A stretch of DNA of 64,000 bases from Octopus vulgaris (taxonomy: Eukaryota): assembly GCA_951406725.2 (NCBI GenBank), contig OX597823.1, positions 53,134,001 to 53,198,000 on the forward strand, read 5' to 3'. The translations under genes were made by a program, and so were the position numbers. The notes under the pieces are model-generated. The model saw nothing but the letters and a program-made list of their open reading frames with translations, did not search any database and was not told where the DNA came from. This document shows, one piece after another, positions 27,146 through 39,592 of the stretch (position 1 is its first letter; every line of letters begins with the position of its first letter).

Positions 27146-27510
27146 GGCACTCCGTCGGTTACGACACCGAGGGTTCCAGTTGATCCGATCAACGGAACAG
27201 TCTGGTCGTGAAATTAACGTGCAAGTGGCTGAGCACTCCACATACACGTGTACATTTAGGGAGAGATTCAGCGTGACACAGAGTATGACAAGGTTGGCCC
27301 TTTCAAATACACGTACAACATAAACAGGCTGAAAGACGGAGAAAATGCCGTGGTGAAAGAGTACAGCAGAGTTCGCCACCACCACTAGCCGGAGTCACGT
27401 GGAGCTTTAGGTGTTTTCACTCAATAAACATTCACAACACCCGGTCTGAGAATCGAAACTGCGATCCTACGACCTCAAGTCCGCTACTCTAACCTCTATG
27501 CCATTGCACC
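27146..27510 (-). mobile_element. SINE family C
   Basis: Reverse complement of 1778-2163. Confidence 0.9.
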
Positions 27511-27528
27511 TCTCTCTCTCTCTCTCTC

Positions 27529-27625
<97 letters not shown>

Positions 27626-27639
27626 ATTTATAAAGCTAG

Positions 27640-28035
27640 ATAAAACTTAGATATGTTTCGACCAAAGATTGGTCCAGGCCATGTCTAGCTTAATAGCACC
27701 ACCTGATAGGATTATCCAAATCCTTTTTAAGTGAAGTTTTGTTTATGGTCCATTCAAGTGGTGAGTTCTTGTTGAGCGAGTTGTATTCAAGTATGGGTGG
27801 CTTATCTGGTATTCCTTGAAGAAATCTGTCCAAACTCCGTTTAAAGGTGATGGGATCGTTTTCCTCTTTAATCAGTTTTGGGTCAATGTTAAACAGGGCA
27901 GGGCCTGTTGAGGAAAAGAAATAATGTCGCAGTGTACCAAATGTTGTGATCCTGAATTGGGCAGGGGACGTATGGCCCGTAGACCCAGCCTTGGATGAAC
28001 CTTTAAACTAATGTTCAGGTCGTTTGGGCAATGCT
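27640..28035 (-). mobile_element. CR1/L2-group LINE ORF2 C-terminus and 3' UTR
   Basis: Minus strand HCPNDLNI..HPRLG..(frameshift)TLRHYFFSSTGPALFNI.PK.IK....ITFKRSLDRFLQGIPDKP..NSPLEW, a typical LINE C-terminal FKxxLDxFLxxIPDxP motif. Confidence 0.75.
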
Positions 28036-28341
28036 ATATTTGCATGCATACGATAAAACAGAATCCTAACGGTCTACATTATCAAACTGGAGACGTCGAT
28101 CTCCTGGGGCTAAAAGCGTCAGTAACACCCACCCCCAGTGGCTAGCCACATTCAGATGGCTAGTACACTTTACGTTGTCGAGCGGTTACTGTTTATATCT
28201 CGTTCGGAGATTTATTAATGCTTTCAGACAGTTTTTCTAAATCAGTGACTGTGGTTGCTGGGAAAAACGTTAAATATTATTTGCAAAGGTCTCCTTCATC
28301 GAAAACCGGTGTTTATCATACGTTGACGAGAGGCAAAAACC

Positions 28342-28402
<61 letters not shown>

Positions 28403-28424
28403 AGACGCCTGTTGTTATGCCCTG

Positions 28425-28439
28425 TTATTATTATTATTA

Positions 28440-28498
<59 letters not shown>
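28425..28498. repeat. (ATT)n microsatellite
   Basis: Direct reading. Confidence 0.95.
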
Positions 28499-28499
28499 G

Positions 28500-28803
28500 T
28501 ATTTTTGTATTTATATTTGTGTAACATCGTCTGTTTTTCCGTCCTTGTTTTCGTATACATTCGATGCTTTTTTCCAAGGAATTTAATGCTCTTAGCTTAG
28601 GTTTCCCTGGGGGCTGGCCAGATTGGTGCAATCTCAAGATTAATCAACCGATGTTGCGAGGATGATCCGGTCTTTGACTGAGGATAAAAGTCTTCGAGTG
28701 ACCCATCCTTGTTTTTTTGTATCGTCTATCTGGATGTTTTGTTGTCCCTTTTTGTATCACATAGTTGTCCGGATGTTTTGCGTTCTTGTCCCATTTTGTA
28801 TTT

Positions 28804-28806
<3 letters not shown>
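28500..28806 (+). mobile_element. Second copy of the 787-1100 repeat
   Basis: ggatgttttgcgttcttgtcccattttgta is the reverse complement of the 787-region start; abuts (TA)n. Confidence 0.6.
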
Positions 28807-28879
<73 letters not shown>

Positions 28880-30034
28880 AATTTCGTTGCTTTTTCGGCA
28901 ATGAGTATGTCTGATTGATCAAATGAAATTCAAGTTCATTCTTTATAGTGCAACACCGTAAGTATTCTACAGACGTGTTTGAGATTACGAGGGAACTCGG
29001 AATATCAAGATTGCAAAGCAAACTTTTCTAACTTATTGGTCATGCGTAATGTGTGTGTGTGTGTTTGTGTGTGCGCGCGTAAGAGCGTGTGTGCGTGCGT
29101 GTGTGCGTGCGTGTGTGCGTGCGTGTGTACGTGTGTAACTTTGAGAGTTTAAGTATGTGTAATTTGGACAGACAGACATCTCGATTGCCTTCATCAGAAG
29201 CCGGGAGCCAACTGAGAAAGTACAAATAGCATCAAAGTATTTTGAAATTTCCAACCAATGAGAACAGTCGACCGATAAATGGCAAATGTAAATTTTCTCG
29301 GGGATGACAAAAACAATTGCTTGAATAAAGACTAATATCAACATTGAATTCATCCGACTGGAAGTGGCTGGTATTTGACTGTTTGTTTGAGGTAAATTCC
29401 AAACAGTGAAGCAATTGAAATTTTAACAGATTTGGAAGCAAAACAATATGAATTACTACAACATTGTTTTATGGTTTTCTTGCTCTTAAAATTTTGAAAT
29501 GTCAGTTTCCTCACTTCCTTCTAATTTTTATCATCTCCCCCTTCTTTCTTTCTCTTCTCTCTTTGAAATTATTCAGAAAGGGAAAGCAGCTGTTTGGTTC
29601 TTTTTTTTTTGTCCGAAAATAGAAAGGGTCAGCACCCATGAGACTTTCGTTTTTCAAGTCCTCTAAGACAGGTAGAATGGAAGAAGGAAATTATTCTCAG
29701 AATTCTGGCAAGAGTATGAATCCTAGTAAAGGCGTATGAAGATGGTTGTGAATATTCCTCAGAGACGTATACCTTCATTGTAACATTCAGGCAGAATTAA
29801 TGTGATAAAAATGAACTTGGAATTGCAGAGACAGTCAATTCGACAGGTTTCAACGTAGATTCCCTTTATCTAACTTAATTCACAAAGCTTTCGGTCGATT
29901 CAATGGTATGGTCTTGTCCAAAGTTCTACACATCTTTCCTCGCGACAAGAACATCTGGCCAATAAGATAACTCCTCACAAAGCACCCGCCAAGCCCCACA
30001 CACGCACACACACATGCATGCACCCCCCCACCAC

Positions 30035-30104
<70 letters not shown>

Positions 30105-30340
30105 ATAGTAGTGAATGTACTGCACTCACGATTGCGAGATGGTGGGTTCGATTCCCATACAGGATATTGTGTTTGGCTCTTCATTTCACATTGCTCTGCG
30201 GTCATTTCGTCATCAGACATGTGGCACATGGTGCACCTGTGCAGGTAATGTCGATTTGATGGAGGGAGTAAGCTTATGTGAATGCAAACATTTGATCACT
30301 ATAAACAAATCATCTGTGTCGTCTAACAACGAGAGAATCC
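30105..30340 (+). mobile_element. Decayed tRNA-derived SINE (different body from families A-C)
   Basis: tRNA-like head with B box gggttcgattccc at ~30145. Confidence 0.55.
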
Positions 30341-30352
30341 ATGATATATTAA

Positions 30353-30424
<72 letters not shown>

Positions 30425-30555
30425 TGAGTGTAATTCGAACTCTGGCTTCATGATCGCAAAAGGAACTTCCTGAACATTGCCATCCACAGTATGAACAAGA
30501 CACGATGTGTACATAGAAACTGACAAGGTATTGACTTAGTTAACACCTGTTTTCT

Positions 30556-31484
30556 CTGCGTGCGCTAATCAGCTCTATGCCAGTTACAAACGGATTATAA
30601 CTCGTGTAAATCAATCTTTTTATCTTTTATTTTTTAGTTGTTTCAGTCATTTGACTGCTGCCATGCTGGGGTACCGCCTTAAAGGGTTTTAGTCTAACAA
30701 ATCTACCCCCGGACTATTTTTAAGCCTAGTACTTATTCAATCGGTTTCGTCTGGCGTGCAAACGATTGTCAGAGCTCCTGCTTATAATCGATGTATCATA
30801 ATAGCAAAATATTTTCAGCATTATAAGAGTAGATTATTGAATTGTTAGAGCGATGGAAAAATGGTACTGCTGACATAATTTACACATCGTTATATACTGT
30901 GCTCAAACTTTGCTTAGGCCGGCAATTTCTTCCGGTTTTGATAAAATCTTCTGCTGAGTAATGAGCCAATTATGATTGAACAGACCTTTTAGGTTTTTCT
31001 CCGAGAAAGTAAATATTTGTTTTTGAAACAAATTCCGAGAAGATGTGGCTGTTATTACTGGAAGGTGAAGAAAACCTAGTAAGTAAAGAATCAAATTCTG
31101 ATATATAATCAACAAAATCCACATCCCAGAATATGTGGCCGGTGTGCCACTGTTAAAAATCATTAGATTATTAGGGTTTCTTTTATTGACGGGAAAAGGA
31201 TAACACATGAAACTTACTCCAATCGTTTTGATATTATGATACATCGATTATAAGGAGGACCTAGGACAGAATCGTTTGCGCGCCATACAAAACCGATGGA
31301 ATAAGTACTAGGCTTAAAAAAAGTCCAGGGGTAGATTTCTTGGACTAAAACCCTTCAAGGCGTTATCCCAGCATAGCAGCAATCAAAGGACTGAAACAAC
31401 TAAAAAATAAAGGATAAAAAGATTGACACGAGATAGGAGTCATAATCTGTTTGTAACTGGCGTAGAGCTGATTAGCGCACGCAG
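30556..31484. repeat. Inverted duplication, ~255-bp arms (30556-30810 / 31222-31484) with ~410-bp spacer
   Basis: Each arm contains the same unique flank, SINE-B tail and second unique flank in reverse complement. Confidence 0.85.
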
Positions 31485-31552
31485 ATATGAAAAGAACGAA
31501 ACTAATGAAAGGAGAAGTATTAGCCCAGATAAGAGAGAGCCATATTATAATT

Positions 31553-31845
31553 CAGTGTTACCCAAACATTTTCAGGTTGCCACCCTCTTTGCACCCAGAC
31601 CTCATTCCTAGCGCTCCACCCCACCCCCACTCACGACCAACGTAAACATAGAGCACTTTCTGCAGAAAATTCAAAACAACTGTATTTCACACATAAACCT
31701 TAACCTAATTCACCCATTATTTTGTTGTTTTTACATCTATCACCCCCTTTTGGCCACCCTACTATCACCCCGATTTTCTGCAATGCCCCGCTGAATCTTT
31801 GCACTGCCCCTAGTGGGAGAGTATCGTCCACTTTGGGAATCACTG
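31553..31845. mobile_element. hAT-like MITE (decayed)
   Basis: Terminal inverted repeats cagtgttacccaaa / tttgggaatcactg; no clear 8-bp TSD. Confidence 0.6.
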
Positions 31846-31869
31846 CTATATGTTATAAATGGTATAAGA

Positions 31870-32075
31870 TTGGTAAAACTGTTAGAATGTCAGCCAAAAT
31901 GCTTTGTGGTATTTGTTTCGGTTCTTTACCTTCTGAATTCAAATTCCGTGGCGGTCAGCTCTGCCTTCCATCACTTCTCCAAGTCGGTGAAACGAAGTAC
32001 CAGTCAACTACTAGGATCGATATAATCAACTTAGCTGTTTCCCTAACAAATATTTGACTGTGTGCCTATGTTAAA
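31870..32075 (+). mobile_element. SINE family A (decayed)
   Basis: gaattcaaattccg, gccttccatc and aagtaccag motifs. Confidence 0.7.
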
Positions 32076-32727
32076 ATTTATACCATATGTGGTACATTAA
32101 GTTGTGAATGAGTAATAAAGAGTTGTCTAAAATGCGTAACCCTGAATTAATCTTCTGAATTCAATCAGGTTTCGTGATTCTCGATGATACTGTAATATTT
32201 TATGTAAATTAACAGAGTGCATGACCATGGCAAAGCAATTCTAGTTCTCCTATGGCAATAGTGACAATGTCAATACAGTTCTAGTTCTTCTATATATTTA
32301 ATTTATATTAGACTTTGAATACCATTGTATATCTCCCATAATTTGTATGAAACCGATGCATAGTTTCTATTTTATAGTTTCTATAAACTAGTGAAAGATA
32401 AATCCAAAATCATTTGCAAGTACCATTCCCAGTCTCATCTGGTGCCAATCTCCCAAAGCTAAATGAATTAAGTAAAAGAGTTTATAATAAAGTGTGTAAC
32501 CACCAAAATACGTTGAAACATTTTAAGCGGATTTGAACTCACAATCTGTGTGTGTGTTTTCAATAACGACTCAACTCGGCCATTTGGCCCCAATATTGTA
32601 AGAGAAAAAGATTTTTTAAAGCAATCTGCTTTTCCTATTGAGAAAGATAAGTTACGCACACACACAGAGAGGGAAACATAGAAATATATACACATACACA
32701 TAAATGTGTGAGTGCAGGTATTTATAC

Positions 32728-32767
<40 letters not shown>

Positions 32768-33343
32768 GTACATACATACTTATACACACATTTGTACATG
32801 CCTATGTCGGTGTGAGAGTGTGTATGTATATGTACGTATGTGTTGTATGTAAATGGTTATTAAAAATGTGAGTTGATGTGTGTCAGTGATCGGGGAGAGG
32901 GGAAAAGATTAATAGGATTTTTAGAAGCTATGCTTCACTAGTTTCGAATATACGATATACAAGCAGAAGATGAATGCGTAAGGTGAGGAAGAGAGAGAAA
33001 GCAGAGTTCGCTGAAACAACAACAAAATAAATAGTAAATGTAATCGAGCGGATTATTTTACAAAAACAAGGAAAGGTTTTTGTAATTCTACTACAAATAT
33101 TCACACAGTAATAACAACCAGCCCCAATCACCCGCCGTGCGCCATAAAATCCGACCGTGTCGTCCTTTCCCGACCTCCTTTTACATCCAACACATCATAT
33201 AAGATGGTGATATTTCATTTCAGTGAAAATAGATTTTTAAAGAAAATTCTCAGTTTTAAATTTTGTTTATTTAAACATCATGTTTGTTGTTTTCCAACAC
33301 GTTTTGAATAAAAGAATGTATAAGGAGAGTGAGATAGATAGAT

Positions 33344-33388
<45 letters not shown>

Positions 33389-33982
33389 CGAATTCAATTT
33401 GAAAATTTGAGACATTGGCAGGGAGGGAGAGAGAGAGAGAGAGAGAGAGAAAATAGATGGGAAGGTTAGGGTTAAGAGAGAAGGCTGTTATGACTTTTTG
33501 AAATACTGCATTACTTTCAACAGATAACATTCCACTTCACTGCCTCTGTGCAAGGTATTTTTCAATCTTAAGAAAATCTGTTTTTAAAAATAGAATTTTT
33601 AAAAAATAATAAATACACCATCTTAAGCTTCGTTTGCGTCTTTTTGCAACTAATACTCTTCACAACTTTTCTTGTTTTAGTTTTTCTTTTAATCTTTTTT
33701 TATAGAGTCGAGATAATTATAGTTGTATTATTTTAGTTTCTTTTTTATCTTCCGATTTGCTAGTTTCTTCTTTTTTTTTTTTTGGCTTTTATTTTATTTC
33801 TCAACTTATTTTATATTTTATCTTTTTCAAAATTTTCCCTTGTTTCACAGCTGCTGCTAAAACTTTTAAACAAAGTCTTATAAACAAAGCAAGTGAAAAA
33901 TGGATTTTCCTGTGAAAATTTCTGCTACGCTAAATGTTTTTCAAAATACAATCATACATAATTTAAGCTTTACGAGAAAATA

Positions 33983-34026
<44 letters not shown>

Positions 34027-34611
34027 CCTCTCTCTCTCCCTCTCTCTCTCCCTCTCTCTCTTTTCTCTCTCTTTCTCTCTTAATATGCACTCTAAATCAG
34101 TTTTATTTTATCTAATTTTTAAAAACATTTTACATTCATTCTTTGTAGTCTTATATTTAGATATTATAAGTTTATTTAAGACTGATCCTCCTTGATACAA
34201 AATAATACAGATTGTTTTAGGCAGTCATTCAATAAATTTATGGTAGATACCCGTATTAGACTGGGAAGAAAACACTTCAAGCTTCAAATATGTTTTGTTT
34301 ACGAAGAACGTTATTTTTCTTTTGCCGTTTTCAACGTGACATAAAATGATTTTATATTATTAGGTTATCTGAAAGGAAATTATGAAATTGTTTTATTATT
34401 TTAAAAATTAATTTATTATTACGTAAGTTTTTAAATGTTACCAATTACTTAGTTACTGATTTTGAGATCGTAAGCTGAATGCCTCCTATTTTTGGAAGGT
34501 TACTATCCATTATATCGATTCAAGCCCTTGACTAGCACTTCATGATGTCGAACGAACCCCTTAAAGAATCAAGGCGAAGTTGACACAAGCTTCTAGTAAT
34601 TCATATGCATA

Positions 34612-34805
34612 AGGTCGCGAGTTGAACTAATCGTTACCGCGCCAGGCAATATACACAGTTCTGAGTTCAAATTCCACCGAGGTCGATTTTACCTTTCATC
34701 TTTTCGGGGCCGATAAAACAGGTACTAGCTGAGCACCAGAGTAGATGTCATCGACTTACTGCAACCCTTGAAATTGCTGGCCTTGTGCAAACATTTAAAA
34801 CCAAT
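34612..34805 (+). mobile_element. SINE family A
   Basis: gagttcaaattccaccgaggtcga..cctttcatc..ggccttgtgcaaacattt. Confidence 0.8.
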
Positions 34806-35200
34806 ATTCCATATATATAAACATTTATATATATATATGTATGTATGTATATGTATGCATGTATGTATACACACACACACACACATACACACGCAGCTGT
34901 CAGAAACTATCATTACTATTTTGTTCTATGTTTCCCATTCGTTATGTAGCGTTTTCTGCATTGCTTAATTGTTGCCTTTCCTCATTACTTTAACCTATAC
35001 CTACTGACTCAAAGAGATGCCACCTCTAGCCGTTTTTGAACAAGATAATCACACAGCCACAACTTTAACAGCTGTTCTGACTGAAATTTTGGTGGCACAC
35101 CTATTTGAGCACTCAGAACACATGCCTATTAAATTGAGTTATTCTGAAGAAAACTCTTCATATTCTCTCTCTCTCTTACTCTCTCTCACTCACACACACA

Positions 35201-35252
<52 letters not shown>

Positions 35253-36875
35253 TACGTGTGTTCTTTGTTGTTGTGAGAGAGTCATAATGCCAATAAAAAT
35301 TAATTCAAATAAACACACGCTATGCTCCAATATTCGATAGCAAGATTTGTTTGAACTAACGAATACACATCGAGAAAGAATCTTTCCAACCAAATACAAA
35401 AGCGAAGCATATGTTTCTGTATCAGGTATATATGTTTTTTTGTTTCTTTGGCATTGTATGTGAAAATGGGTTAACAAAATATCAGGTGGGGAAAACCATC
35501 CGTAAACATCAACTGTGGCACTTCTTGGACAGATAGTCATCAATTTTCAACGTTTTCGTCGAACTCCACAACAGATTGAACAGTTTATAAAGTACAACAT
35601 CCTTAAACTGTTCTACTGCACCTCATATGATTCATTACTGCATGCCAGAGTATGCACTGTATTCCTCAGCAAGACGGTGTAAGGTGTGACTGAAAGAAGA
35701 GATCTATATTTCCCAAACTAGTTCTTTGGCTGACTGTCCATTTGGTGTACCTCTAATCTGGCAGAGCTCACTCACATGGGGCTATACATCAACAACAAAC
35801 AATTTAGAGACATGAACCAAAGCAGCAACCTCTACGTAGTCAATTGATTTGCTAAAAATATTAACCAGGTCTCACTCAGATAACAGCACCAGTAACACAC
35901 AGTGGTTGCTCATATTGGCTAATGGAGTGCTATACTTACTACGCCTGGAAATATATGAGAAGGTCACGGCTTAAATACGTTTGGTAATACGTGTGCTCAA
36001 TCTTAGACTGGGGTTAAATAACAGCCATCATCGGACTTTGAGGTGAGAGAGTTTTAGACACCTATCTAAGATTATATCTGAAAAATGTTCAGAAATTCGT
36101 GCGCTTGGTAAACGTAACAGTGCTATAGGAGACACTAATGCATACAACCGTAACTAAGTCGAAAAAGTGATACTTTTGAATGAAAAAATATTCTAGAGTA
36201 ATATTCCAAACTAAGTGAGCGTATAGAGCCATGGTCCTCAATCTATTTTACTCCTTCCCGTATGGGAATTCAAATACAAAATTACAGATGAAAGCTATAA
36301 AAAAACTGTTAAAAATTTTGAAAAATCTAGTAAAATTTTGCCTGCCTCGATTTATTAAACGTAGTTATGTATAACAAATTTATGAATATGTATTACAAAA
36401 TGTCCAAGAATGAGTTTGAGGTTTTCAGTGTCTTAAACTACATTTTTTCTTCACGCCACTAAGCATCGTGATAGTGCTTGCAGCGTGCTAGTGAGCTGCC
36501 GCTATTCGATTGTTAAAAACTGATGTAAAAACTGCTTGGAGGTTCATTTGATTTCTTCTAAGGTATCTCTTCGTATGTGGCTTGTTTCATGCTTTGTGTT
36601 CGACTTGAAAAGTTGGGTAACATGTAAAGAGTATGACAGTGTGAGTGTGTCATGTATGGGTCAAAGAACAAAGAAGTAACCCTCCAAAGTGTTTATGTGT
36701 GTGTGTGTGTTCAAAGTCTGTTTGACAAGGATTACATAAAAGCTAAGCAAAATATTTTTGTCGCAGCAGAAATTGTCAATCAATCGTCGACAAAACTGCA
36801 GTGTCTTATAGACACAAACGTGCATACAGATGCAAACAGTATACATATACATGCATACACGTATACGTGTGTATA

Positions 36876-36919
<44 letters not shown>

Positions 36920-37650
36920 TACTAGTAGTAACAGAAAAGAGGAATTTAGATTATCCCCACATGGTGAGTTGTAATGTATATAAGAAATTTAAAAAAGGAA
37001 AATATGCACACTTACATAGTTTTAATATAACTTTTGATACTTCGACCGGTTTCGCTATCGCTATTCATGATATTATGTTTTACTTATTTGAATCTATATT
37101 TTTTCTTAAGAAGAAATTTTGTCCATGTTGTGTGTGATGAAATTCACGAGTGAATTTTAATTTCTTATATATATATATATATATAATTATAACAATGAGG
37201 GTCTTTGCAACAAGTTGCTAGACCACATACCGAAATGATTAGAAATAGCAGCCAGAGGACTGCTATTTCTTTTACTACAAAAATATGTCCCCACAGACTA
37301 CAGTATTTGTAACTCATTTTATGGCAAAAAGACGAAGAAAAATAACGAAATCAAACAGTCCACGGTCAATTATGGATGCACGTTTTTGAATTAGAATCGA
37401 AGATTCATTTCCTTTATCAACATAATATTCCTATAAATAAATCTAGAAATGCTAGGAAATCTTACCCTCCATATTTCCGACCAGGCGACATCGGGGCATA
37501 CAGAAGCTAATCGGCATATCTACATTTATATAGACCAGTGAATTCATATCTCCTTCCAGAATTTCCCCCACTTGAGTCAGCCCTAATACTGCCGAAAATA
37601 AATTCTTAGTTCTGTCGTAGGGGAGTAAAATAATCAATACAGATAAAGGG

Positions 37651-37708
<58 letters not shown>

Positions 37709-37915
37709 ATACATATATGTATATATACATACATAATACATATATGTATATATACATGTATATGCATATATATATATCTCACATGATCAACCAGACTATT
37801 GGATGTTGTTATACATCGCTGGTCATTGTGCACTTTGCATACATTTAGCTTTTGAATGATGCCACTTTGCTGGCTAGGCAAGCAATCCAATATATAAATA
37901 TATTATTATTATCAT

Positions 37916-37991
<76 letters not shown>
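37916..37991. repeat. (TAG)n microsatellite
   Basis: Direct reading. Confidence 0.95.
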
Positions 37992-37992
<1 letters not shown>

Positions 37993-38225
37993 TTTCAAAC
38001 TTAATTTTGCTGATCTGCCATCTGGTGAAGACTTTGACGTGTAACTTCAAAAGAGAAGGAATCGGCTTTTGCAACAATAATTATATCTACTGAGCTAGAC
38101 ATCTTTAGTTCTCTTTTACACGTACTAATGCTCGTAAATACTATAAACACATATGCACGTGTACAGTTACGCAAATCCACTATCACAAATACATATTGTG
38201 TGAGATTCCTAGACTAGTGTGTATG

Positions 38226-38266
<41 letters not shown>

Positions 38267-39181
38267 TTGTCTGTGGTGGGGGATCTAATGGTCATGTGAT
38301 TAATCAAAGTTTGAATAAATTTACAAATGTAACTAGCCAACAAATGTTAACTTTCATATGTTACTATAAATACATAAAAGCATAAAAACAAATAGCGACT
38401 AGTCCTTCTTCGTAAGACATCAGCAATTACACAACGTCTTTGCAGTTTTTCAAATTTCCTTTCGCAAATGCTCATAAACATTTCAGTAAAATTAATTAAC
38501 AAATTCACAAATGACAAAGTGTTAACATTCTACTCTGAAATTTAATGGAAATCTCACATTATAAAGTGACAAGAAACTGTAAAAGTTGCATAATTTGTCA
38601 AATTAATTTACTTTAGAAGCATTCATTGCATAATTGTAACTCTGGTAATTCGCTTTGTTTTGGAATTGAAAGATATCAAATATGATATGGATATTTCACC
38701 ATGAGAAAGACTTAAGCAGATAAATCTTTGAAATAGCAATTCATGAGAAGACATTTGCAAATATCTTGCAGCTTTTCAAACAGAGCTCGTTGATTCTCAA
38801 GCGGATAATAAAACGAATACGTTTTACAACAGAGGAATAAGGTTGTTACTATCAAAGTATTTATGAAATTATAGTCTGTGTGATGACTTTGAAAACTACC
38901 TGTAAAGGACATAGAAGTTCAAGGAAACCGCCAAACCCATAAATTGAAGTCTGTTGACAAAGAAAGCCTGCCTTTCAATAAATTTCATGTTATGCAAAAA
39001 CTTTCTTCAACTAGCACAAAATTATAGAGGTGTGTGGTAGACTGAAATGACACACCAGTTTGTAACCAAGGAGATATGTGGTCAGTTGCTCTGCTAAAAA
39101 TAGCATACAAATCCTCCACAAAGCACAAAATATCTTGCGAAGTCCACCATCATCACCACCATCACACCGAACCAATAAACT

Positions 39182-39592
39182 CTTTTACTCTTTTACTTGT
39201 TTCAGCCATTTGACTGCGGCCATGCTGGAGCACCGCCTTTAATCGAGCAAATCGACCCCAGGACTTATTCTTTGTAAGCCTAGTACTTATTCTATCGGTC
39301 TCTTTTGCCGAACCGCTAAGTTATGGGAACGTAAACACACCAGCATCGGTTGTCAAGCAATGCTAGGGAGACAAACACAGACACACAAACACATACACAC
39401 ACATACATATATATATATATACATATATACGACAGGCTTCTTTCAGTTTCCGTCAACCAAATCCACCCACAAGGCATTGGTCGACCCGAGGCTAGAGTAG
39501 AAGACATTTGCCCAAGGTGCCGCGCAGTGGGACTGAACCCGGAACCATGTGGTTGGTAAGCAAGCTACTTACCACACAGCCACTCATGCGCT
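39182..39592 (-). mobile_element. SINE family B (young, full length)
   Basis: Close reverse complement of 22422-22825. Confidence 0.92.
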
